Assembly (NCBI GenBank): GCA_016784025.1
Contig: JADHVL010000002.1
Location: 52,490-116,489 of the forward strand
Source: Fidelibacterota bacterium
GTDB taxonomy: Bacteria > Fidelibacterota > UBA8477 > JABMPR01
Direction of reading: 5' to 3'
Length of the DNA stretch: 64,000 bases
In this document: positions 1-7,611 of the stretch, one piece after another
How positions within the stretch are numbered: the stretch's first letter is position 1
How the letters are laid out: each line of letters starts with the position of its first letter
Translations under genes and position numbers: made by a program
The notes under the pieces: generated by a model
Seen by the model: only the letters and a program-made list of their open reading frames with translations
Told to the model about the DNA's origin: nothing
Databases searched by the model: none

Positions 1-1
1 T

Positions 2-172
2 GCTCATGTTTCGGGGAACATCGACACAGATGAATTGGGTCTCGTAAAGCAAAGTAATCCACAAGCCCGTCTGGGATTCATTGAAGGTGAACCTCAATTA
101 ATGAAGCTCACTTCGTCCCGGGATTTTGACCTCATTAAACTGTTTTTATCAAACGAATCCATCACTGCGTAA
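2..172 (+). CDS. 3' end of an IspD/TarI-like cytidylyltransferase-family gene (partial, begins before the window)
   Basis: Open frame from base 2 to TAA at 170-172: AHVSGNIDTDELGLVKQSNPQARLGFIEGEPQLMKLTSSRDFDLIKLFL. Resembles the IspD C-terminus (TD(D/E)..L....G...(N)xKxT...D). Not in the ORF track. Confidence 0.5.
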   Translation, partial: AHVSGNIDTDELGLVKQSNPQARLGFIEGEPQLMKLTSSRDFDLIKLFLSNESITA

Positions 173-180
173 GCTGCTGA

Positions 181-1257
181 ATGCACTCTAGCCAACCCCA
201 ACGTCTGGATTTTATATATAGCGCTGAGAAGGAAAAATCTGCGCTGCTGCCTCTCTACACTCACATGAAACAACACAATAGTGATGTCAGGATGGTTAAA
301 ATTCATCGACGAAGTATTTTTAAAAGTTATATCCGAAACCTTGCTCCCGTTGTGGTGGCCAGCTATGACATGACTTTAGATCGCGTAAAAAAGGCGGGGT
401 GGGTTGGCCGAACTGTGTACGTGGATCATGGGTTGAGTCCCGTCAAATACTATGCTTATCGATATGAAACATTTCACGATATAGACTTACTCTTTTACCC
501 CGGACCCGTTTTCAAAAAAATAATGGAAGTTCTCAACCCTGAGTTTAAGCAGGGTTTGCTTGGTGGACTTCCAAAGATGGATGAATTCATGGGTAGCAAA
601 ATCAATAAGGTGGATTACTGTGCAGAGTTGGGTCTAGATCCACAAAAACCAGTCGTATTGTTCGCGCCAACCTGGGGGGGTAAGTATGAATCAACTTGGG
701 GTATCAATAACGCCAGGTTTTTGTCAGGAATTCCAAACCTGGTAATCAGTCCACATCCTGCTGATTTCAAAGCGGCAAAGCGCTTTAATGCCATCCTCCC
801 TAAACAACCAGGTTCAACCAACGACTTGATCAAGATCGCCGATGTCGTCATCAGTGATGTGTCATCAATAGTAGGTGAGGCAGCCCTATTGGGGAAACCA
901 ACAATTCAACTTGAATTGCCAAATTATCCTGGATGCTTCCCAAATCCGGACAAACGCAAAAAGGGGGATTGGCTAGATGCGACGCGACTTTCTTTCTTCG
1001 CTGAGCAGGCGGATCCTATCAAGCGACCTTTTAAGCTGGCATTTTTAGATGAAGATTGGGTTTTGGGTTATACCAGCAAACCTGAGAACTTAATTGACAC
1101 CGTCGAAAGAGCCCTTTCCGAGCCAGAGCGTTTTGCTGAAAAACGAGCCTACTGGAATGAACAGAACTGCTATATGCCAGATGGAAATACCAATGAAAGA
1201 TTGACCAAAATGATATTTCATTATATTGACACTGGTGTTCTAAAACAATTTGGGTGA
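181..1257 (+). CDS. CDP-glycerol/CDP-ribitol phosphotransferase family protein (TagB/TagF-like)
   Basis: DHGLSPVK, GLPKMD, VLFAPTW, SPHP and ADVVISDVSSIV match the TagF motifs WHGTPLK, GYPRND, YAPTWR, RxHP and DILITDYSSV. Confidence 0.75.
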   Translation: MHSSQPQRLDFIYSAEKEKSALLPLYTHMKQHNSDVRMVKIHRRSIFKSYIRNLAPVVVASYDMTLDRVKKAGWVGRTVYVDHGLSPVKYYAYRYETFHDIDLLFYPGPVFKKIMEVLNPEFKQGLLGGLPKMDEFMGSKINKVDYCAELGLDPQKPVVLFAPTWGGKYESTWGINNARFLSGIPNLVISPHPADFKAAKRFNAILPKQPGSTNDLIKIADVVISDVSSIVGEAALLGKPTIQLELPNYPGCFPNPDKRKKGDWLDATRLSFFAEQADPIKRPFKLAFLDEDWVLGYTSKPENLIDTVERALSEPERFAEKRAYWNEQNCYMPDGNTNERLTKMIFHYIDTGVLKQFG

Positions 1258-1329
1258 GCAGGAAACTCAACTATTTTTTTCGGTGCTGACCAACCAATCC
1301 AATTAAAAGAGAGATAACGTGGGTACTAT

Positions 1330-2625
1330 ATGAATGTAGCAATAATTCTGGCCGGTGGAAAAGGTGAGCGTTTTGGTGGTGAAGTCCCCAAGCAATTTGT
1401 CGTTCTTCACGGACACCGAGTAATGGATTATGCCATAAAAGCCTTCGAGCAGCATCCGGAAATTGATAAAATTATTATTGTGGTACCTGCAAATTGGAAG
1501 GCTGAGCTTGCCTTAGAATATCCACAACATCTGGTCGTCCTGGGAGGAGATACTCGACGAGAGTCATCCTATAATGGCTTAATTGCATGCCCTGAAGATA
1601 CAGATAAGGTGCTATTGCATGATGCTGCCAGACCCTTTTTGGACTATGACACTATTCAAAGAGTACTGGATGCATTAAAGAATTACGATGCTGTCGATAC
1701 AGCAATTGCTGCAACAGATACTATCATAGAAGTAAAAGACAATATCATTACTGACATGCCTGTCAGAGATTTTTTATACCAGGGCCAGACCCCCCAGGGG
1801 TTCAACTACAAGGTCATTCGTAAAGCACATGAAAGCATTTTTGTAGAGACCACTGATGACATACGCCTAGCCATTGAAATGGGTATACAATGTGTGTCCG
1901 TAGCTGGTTCTCAATTCAACTTTAAGATTACCTCTTCCAACGATTTATACATGGCTGAACGAGTCACCCAAATTAATGCAGTAAAAACCGCAGAAACCCC
2001 TCAGTTGGATGGCAAAAAAGTTTTAATTTTTGGTGGAACAGGTGGCATTGGTTCAGCACTAAGTGAGATTCTTAAAAGCCAAAATGCCGATGTAACTGCT
2101 TTGGGCTCAGAGGTGGATCTCACCAAAGACACCCTCCCTGAAAGTCTCACCAGAGACTGGGATATCATTATTCACACTGCAGGTATATTCATAAAGAAAC
2201 CGTTTTCTGAATTGAGTGTGGCCGAATGGGACAAAGTGATGGCCGTGAATTTGCGATCAGCGTTTCTAGTAGCTCAGCTTGCTCGAAAAACAATGAAACA
2301 GGGTGGGTGGCTCACTTTTATTGGATCCAGCTCATCCCATAGAGGACGAACCAGCCAGTCTGTTTACGCCGCTTCAAAAGCAGCACTAAACAATCTTACA
2401 CAATCGCTTGCTGCTGAATTTCTAGATGATAATATCAGGGTGAATTGTATAAATCCCCCGCGGACCGATACACCTATGCGGCACCAGGCTTTTCCTGGAG
2501 AAAATCGCGACTTATTAGCTGACCCTGGACAAGTGGCCAAAGATATTTTAAAATATTGCTCTGGTGAGGAAACGGGTCACATCGTAAACCTCAAATACAC
2601 CACGCAATTCCGGGCAAAGAGATGA
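1330..2625 (+). CDS. Bifunctional IspD/TarI-type cytidylyltransferase + SDR reductase (Bcs1-like CDP-ribitol synthase)
   Basis: N-terminal ILAGGKGERFG..PKQF, LLHDAARPF, QTPQGF, NFKIT. C-terminal SDR with GGTGGIG, HTAG and YAASK. Confidence 0.85.
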   Translation: MNVAIILAGGKGERFGGEVPKQFVVLHGHRVMDYAIKAFEQHPEIDKIIIVVPANWKAELALEYPQHLVVLGGDTRRESSYNGLIACPEDTDKVLLHDAARPFLDYDTIQRVLDALKNYDAVDTAIAATDTIIEVKDNIITDMPVRDFLYQGQTPQGFNYKVIRKAHESIFVETTDDIRLAIEMGIQCVSVAGSQFNFKITSSNDLYMAERVTQINAVKTAETPQLDGKKVLIFGGTGGIGSALSEILKSQNADVTALGSEVDLTKDTLPESLTRDWDIIIHTAGIFIKKPFSELSVAEWDKVMAVNLRSAFLVAQLARKTMKQGGWLTFIGSSSSHRGRTSQSVYAASKAALNNLTQSLAAEFLDDNIRVNCINPPRTDTPMRHQAFPGENRDLLADPGQVAKDILKYCSGEETGHIVNLKYTTQFRAKR

Positions 2626-3713
2626 TTCAAACCCTGGGTAAGGTCTTTAAAGCATTGGACCGCGTAGGCCTGGAAAGTTGCATTGGGGATGAATCATTAT
2701 TTGGATTAGCTGAAGGTAATCTAGAAAAATATATATTCGATCCAGTCATTTATCAGTTCCCCACCAGACTCTCAGGAATCCGCTATATCGCTTTGACAGT
2801 CATCCTGTATTTTCAAGGTATCGTTGTAAAGCCTAAGTGGGTGCATGGAAGTTTTAGACTAAAAATAAGAGGGAAAACTGATACTGGCAGGAAGGCTGCT
2901 AATTTCATTTTTTTAATGCGACTAAAAAAAACACCTGATCATCTAGGTATATACGAAAATAACCGATCCTGCGTTTTCCCTGAGTCGGCCATGAGACCGC
3001 GGGAAGATTTCCCTTATAAGGATATAATTATTAAAACGCCCCCTCATCTGCACCAGTTTTCTACCGACTTCAAAAAACAACTTTTTTCAAATACCTATAG
3101 AACACACCCCACTAACTTTGACCAACAGACTGCTGATCAGGCAGAATCCATGCTTTTCCGGATTGCTGACATTCTAAATACCCAGGGAAGTCATTGGTGG
3201 CTTGAAGGGGGTACACTTCTTGGACTATTCCGAGATGGTAAATTATTGGATTGGGATCATGATATCGATCTTGGTCTCAAGTTTGAATCTGACGCGCAAA
3301 TTTCAAAGCTGATCCTTGAACTGAAAAAAACTCCCTACTACATCAAAATCTTAGACTTCCCCCAGAAGGAGGGTCTCTGGAACCTTGGTAACATCCGCCT
3401 GATAAAAATTTATCCACGACGTTTCTATTTTTTTCACACAGATCTCTGTCTTGATCTCTTTGTCTTTTATCGGGAAGCGTTTGAAAACGAAACTGATCCG
3501 GTTTACAAGTATGTTGTGCATCAGAGAAACGGATATCATTCGGCCTCCATTCTCGATGATTTAACAGATTTGTTCCATAAAGGTCATCGTCTTGGTCGGC
3601 CAGAGCAAACGGAAACTTTCTTGGCCAATAAGTATGGTGATAATTGGAGTACCCCTGTAAAAGAGTGGCATGTAGCCATTGATGATAAATCTATCCTCAA
3701 TAACATGGATTAG
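2622..3713 (+). CDS. LicD/fukutin-family phosphotransferase with a degenerate N-terminal LicD-like copy
   Basis: WWLEGGTLLGLFRDGKLLDWDHDIDLG, DLFVF and P.....FL..KYG.NW motifs. ATGA overlap with the upstream gene. Confidence 0.8.
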   Translation: MIQTLGKVFKALDRVGLESCIGDESLFGLAEGNLEKYIFDPVIYQFPTRLSGIRYIALTVILYFQGIVVKPKWVHGSFRLKIRGKTDTGRKAANFIFLMRLKKTPDHLGIYENNRSCVFPESAMRPREDFPYKDIIIKTPPHLHQFSTDFKKQLFSNTYRTHPTNFDQQTADQAESMLFRIADILNTQGSHWWLEGGTLLGLFRDGKLLDWDHDIDLGLKFESDAQISKLILELKKTPYYIKILDFPQKEGLWNLGNIRLIKIYPRRFYFFHTDLCLDLFVFYREAFENETDPVYKYVVHQRNGYHSASILDDLTDLFHKGHRLGRPEQTETFLANKYGDNWSTPVKEWHVAIDDKSILNNMD

Positions 3714-3724
3714 GTCTGAGGCGA

Positions 3725-4357
3725 ATGCATACAATCGATTTATCATACCTACCTCAATTTTTAAAAAATGGGGTGTCTAAAAAAACCATCATTATAGGGA
3801 ACGGCCCCAGTGCAGCTGGGCACGCATTGGGCAAAGAGATTGATGACTTTGAGCAGATCATTCGCATTAATAATTATGTTACCCATAACATGGAAACCCA
3901 TGTTGGATCTCGAACAGATATCTGGGTCAATGGTGCCAATCAGGGTTTAAAGCGTCGTTCTGATATCCCTGAGAATATATTGGTGATGATTCCCCCCGTA
4001 GTTTTAAAGCATAAAGGTGATACCATACATCCTCGCATTACCAAACGACTTGGGACAAAAAATTATGCACTTCTACCAATAGAGATCATGTCTGAAATGG
4101 AATCAAGCTGTGGTCTTGATCGACCGACAACCGGATTCTTTGCCATTTATTTCTTTTACCTCTTGGGTCTTGACCTGACGCTTCACGGTTTCGATTTTTT
4201 TGTCGGTTCAACTGCTCATTATTTTGATAGTCCCCTTAAACGCTGGCTCAAAGAAAAGGGGCTCATTCGCAAAGCAGGAAAACATGATGTGAGTGGAGAA
4301 AAGGAATTTGTTGAGTCTCTTATCGGGCAGGAAAAAATAAAGCTTCTGACCGGTTAA
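3725..4357 (+). CDS. Glycosyltransferase family 29 (sialyltransferase-like)
   Basis: Sialylmotif L (IIIGNGPSAAGHALGKEIDDFEQIIRINN...VGSRTD), S (PTTGFFAIYFF...LHGF), III (HYFD) and VS (HDVSGE). Confidence 0.85.
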   Translation: MHTIDLSYLPQFLKNGVSKKTIIIGNGPSAAGHALGKEIDDFEQIIRINNYVTHNMETHVGSRTDIWVNGANQGLKRRSDIPENILVMIPPVVLKHKGDTIHPRITKRLGTKNYALLPIEIMSEMESSCGLDRPTTGFFAIYFFYLLGLDLTLHGFDFFVGSTAHYFDSPLKRWLKEKGLIRKAGKHDVSGEKEFVESLIGQEKIKLLTG

Positions 4358-5208
4358 TGTCCGCGTTTCAAGGTCAGCAGTACCAGTCCTGAAATCGTAA
4401 TTACACCTCCTACAATCACATTCAAGGATACGATCTCACCAAAAAACAACCAGGCTAGAATCGATGCTAAAATTGGTTCTCCGAAAGGCATGGCTCCAAC
4501 AATTGTGGGCCGTATATACCTGACTGCATAGTTCATACTGTTATGCCCTATCAGGGTAGGCAAAATGACCAGGCCCAACAACCATTTGACATCGCTGGAT
4601 GAAAATTTCATATCGATACCTAGTCCCAGGATTACTCCTATCAGAGTCAAGGCAGCAAACAAGTAAAGCCAACGGGTATACATAATATTGGTAATATCCC
4701 TGCGTACTCGTTGACCTATAAGAAGCACAACTGACATGAAGGCTGAGCTGGCCAAAGCATAGAGATTTCCTGTGGTTGCCTCAGTTCCCCAATCAAACCC
4801 AGAACCTTGAACAATGAAGGCCCCAATAATTGCGATCCACAACCCCAGCAAGGCAGCTAAAGGCAACTTGTGCTTAAGAACGAACCGTTCATAAATAAGC
4901 GTAAAGATGGGAGCCATGGTCGCGAAGAGGGTGGCGTTTGCGATTGAAGTAAGTTTTATGGCTGAATAAAAAAATGCGAAATGTAATGCCAGGAATATGC
5001 CTGCAATGATAATTGCAGGGAATTTAGCAGTCTCTAGAGGTTTCTGGGGCTGGATGATACCGTGGGTCCATAGCATCGTGGAAGCACCGGCCATTCGCCA
5101 AAATGCGATTGTGAGTGCCGCCATTTCCGGGAGAAAACGAGCAAGCGGACCACCAAAGCTGACACCCAAAAGTCCAAATGCGAGGATGAAATAAACTTTA
5201 TTATTCAT
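4354..5208 (-). CDS. DMT/EamA family transporter
   Basis: About 10 hydrophobic segments in two EamA repeats (IAFWR, TSIANAT, GEPI..ILAWLFFGE). Start taken at ATG 5208; the track ORF starts at 5256. Confidence 0.85.
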   Translation of the reverse strand: MNNKVYFILAFGLLGVSFGGPLARFLPEMAALTIAFWRMAGASTMLWTHGIIQPQKPLETAKFPAIIIAGIFLALHFAFFYSAIKLTSIANATLFATMAPIFTLIYERFVLKHKLPLAALLGLWIAIIGAFIVQGSGFDWGTEATTGNLYALASSAFMSVVLLIGQRVRRDITNIMYTRWLYLFAALTLIGVILGLGIDMKFSSSDVKWLLGLVILPTLIGHNSMNYAVRYIRPTIVGAMPFGEPILASILAWLFFGEIVSLNVIVGGVITISGLVLLTLKRGH

Positions 5209-5338
5209 AGGCTTGAACATAAACCAGGTGAAGGATTCGGACACGTGCTGATTCATGCCATCCCCACCATATCAGACTCAAGGGGTAAGTCGTTAAAATT
5301 GTGGGCTGTGATGGGCATCTCTCCATATATATTGCAGG

Positions 5339-6016
5339 ATGTCAATTTTTTGCATAATTCCAGCTCGTGGTGGCTCCAAGGGTGTTCCACATAAAAATAT
5401 TGCACCGTTCCTGGAGCAACCCTTGATAAGTCACTCTATCAAGTACGCCTTGGAATCCAGCTTGGTTGACAGGGTATTTGTGTCTACCGATGATGAACAG
5501 ATTACAGAAATATCCAGAAGTGATGGAGCTGAAGTCATCCCGAGACCCGCAGAACTTGCTGGTGATTCGGCGACTACCGAATCCGCTATTTCACATGCAA
5601 TCGAGTGGTGGCAAGAACAGAATTTGAATCCAACAATCATTGTTTTGCTCCAGGCTACCAGTCCGCTTAGGCCCAATGGCTCTTTGGACAATGCTCTAGA
5701 GAAGTTTCAAGCAGAAGGTTTCGATTCTTTACTCAGCATCTCTCCCACCCACAGATTTTTCTGGAGGGTTGACGAAAAAGAAGCACATGCCGAGTATGAT
5801 TTTATGAATCGACCAAGACGTCAAGATATGACAGAGGCTGATATCAGATATGTTGAAAATGGTTCCGTTTACATTTTTACATCAGACCATTTCAAGCGCA
5901 CTGGAAATAGACTTGGAGGGAGAATCGGATATACCATTTTTCCAGAAGAGTACAGTCCTGAAATAGATACACCGAGCGATTTTTTATTGCTGGAAAAAAT
6001 TGCTGAAAATTTATAA
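5339..6016 (+). CDS. neuA: Acylneuraminate cytidylyltransferase (CMP-nonulosonate synthetase)
   Basis: IIPARGGSKGVPHKNI, VSTDD, LLQATSPLR, RPRRQD, ENGSVY and EIDT motifs. Confidence 0.9.
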   Translation: MSIFCIIPARGGSKGVPHKNIAPFLEQPLISHSIKYALESSLVDRVFVSTDDEQITEISRSDGAEVIPRPAELAGDSATTESAISHAIEWWQEQNLNPTIIVLLQATSPLRPNGSLDNALEKFQAEGFDSLLSISPTHRFFWRVDEKEAHAEYDFMNRPRRQDMTEADIRYVENGSVYIFTSDHFKRTGNRLGGRIGYTIFPEEYSPEIDTPSDFLLLEKIAENL

Positions 6017-6051
6017 AGATAGATCGTTTTACTAAAATATTGGAGGTTGCT

Positions 6052-7101
6052 TTGCCAACTTTACAACTAGGCTCACATTGGGTAGGTAATAGTGAGCCAA
6101 CCTATATCATCGCTGAAATTGGTATCAATCACCAGGGTGAGGTGGAAATTGCAAAAAGGCTGATTCAAGAAGCGGCTGATGCAGGAGCCAATGCGGTTAA
6201 ATTTCAAAAGCGCAGTATAAAGCGCATCCTGACCCACGAAGGTCTGGAGATGCCCTATGACAATCGTAATTCATTTGGTAAAACCTATGGTGAGCATAAA
6301 AAAGCTCTGGAGCTTTCTGAGGATGACTATCAGGAACTCTTGAGTTTCGCCGCTGAACATAAAGTTGACTTTATCGCTTCTGGATGGGATGAAGAAAGTA
6401 TCGATTTTCTAGATACTTTAGGTGTCCCTTTTTTCAAAATGGCTTCAGCAGATTTGACCAACATACCATTGCTCATACATACGGCAAAAAAGAACAAGCC
6501 CATGATTCTATCAACCGGCATGGCTAACATGGAAATGGTAGAAACGGCTGTGAACGCCGTCAAGCCATTCGATGTGCCTCTATGCGTTCTACAGTGTACA
6601 TCGACATATCCATCAGTATTTGAAGAGGTTAATCTTGGTGTGATTCATACCTTCAAACAAAGATTTCCTGATGCAGTGATTGGCTATTCAGGGCACGAAT
6701 TAGGTATCGCTATCACTGAAGCGGCTGTAGCTCTTGGTGCTAAAATTGTTGAACGTCACTTTACCCTTGATCGTACCATGAAAGGTGGTGATCATGCCGC
6801 CTCCCTTGAACCAGGTGGCTTTTCAAAACTGGTTCGGGATATCCGCCATATTGAAGCGGCCATGGGTGGTTCATCCAAGCATGTACAGGAATCAGAAGCT
6901 CCCATTTTCAAAAAATTAGCTAAAAGTGTTGTCTCACAGGTAGTGATTCCTTCAGGGACTGTTCTTACAAGAGACATGCTAACAACTAAGGGTCCAGGAA
7001 CCGGTATTTCACCTGCTCGGATGGATGAGCTATTAGGAAAAATGGTTATCAAGGACATCGCCGCAGACGTTGTACTCAAGGATGAAGACATCAACTGGTA
7101 A
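6052..7101 (+). CDS. neuB: N-acylneuraminate/KDN(-9-phosphate) synthase with C-terminal SAF domain
   Basis: IIAEIGINHQG, AVKFQK, QCTSTYP, GYSGHE, ERHFTLD and DHAASLEP motifs plus a SAF tail. TTG at 6052 follows GGAGG (6042-6046); the track ORF starts at 6040. Confidence 0.92.
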   Translation: MPTLQLGSHWVGNSEPTYIIAEIGINHQGEVEIAKRLIQEAADAGANAVKFQKRSIKRILTHEGLEMPYDNRNSFGKTYGEHKKALELSEDDYQELLSFAAEHKVDFIASGWDEESIDFLDTLGVPFFKMASADLTNIPLLIHTAKKNKPMILSTGMANMEMVETAVNAVKPFDVPLCVLQCTSTYPSVFEEVNLGVIHTFKQRFPDAVIGYSGHELGIAITEAAVALGAKIVERHFTLDRTMKGGDHAASLEPGGFSKLVRDIRHIEAAMGGSSKHVQESEAPIFKKLAKSVVSQVVIPSGTVLTRDMLTTKGPGTGISPARMDELLGKMVIKDIAADVVLKDEDINW

Positions 7102-7113
7102 TCAGGAGTTCTA

Positions 7114-7611
7114 ATGATATCTGAACAACTTCAGGCCAAAGCTCAAAAGATCAAATTGGTAGTAACTGATATAGATGGTGTCTGGACAGATGCAAAAATC
7201 TATTACACAGGAGAAGGGGAGTTACTAAAGGCATTTAGCTATTATGATGGTATGGGAACCGCCCTTCTTACTAAGGCCAATATCAGAACAGCCATCATTA
7301 CTGGCGAAAATTCAGAGCCTGTTGCCCGAAGAGCTGAGAAACTCAAAATTGAGGATGTTTTTCTTGGAGTTCATGATAAGCTTGAAGCCTTTGAGTCTCT
7401 TCTGGAAAAATACCAGCTCCACCCATCGGAAGTAGCCTATATCGGTGATGATCTAAATGACTATAATGTTATGCAGGTAGCCGGTCTCACTGCAGCACCT
7501 TCCAGCACGCCAGCCTTCCACATTCTCAAACCAGACATTTTGTTAAGCCGCGCTGGTGGTGATGGTGCCTTTAGAGAGTTTGCTGATCTCATCATAGCAT
7601 CTCAGCGATGA
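7114..7611 (+). CDS. KdsC/YrbI-family HAD phosphatase, KDN-9-phosphate phosphatase type
   Basis: TDIDGVWTD, ITGE (rather than the ITGR of Kdo8P phosphatases), RRAEKLK, AYIGDDLND, GGDGAFRE. Confidence 0.85.
   Translation: MISEQLQAKAQKIKLVVTDIDGVWTDAKIYYTGEGELLKAFSYYDGMGTALLTKANIRTAIITGENSEPVARRAEKLKIEDVFLGVHDKLEAFESLLEKYQLHPSEVAYIGDDLNDYNVMQVAGLTAAPSSTPAFHILKPDILLSRAGGDGAFREFADLIIASQR

Noticed and set aside
2622..5208. Classical lic phosphocholine operon (licD plus a licB-like DMT)
   Set aside because: No choline kinase or LicC in the window, the DMT gene is antisense, and the adjacent donor-synthesis gene points to CDP-ribitol.
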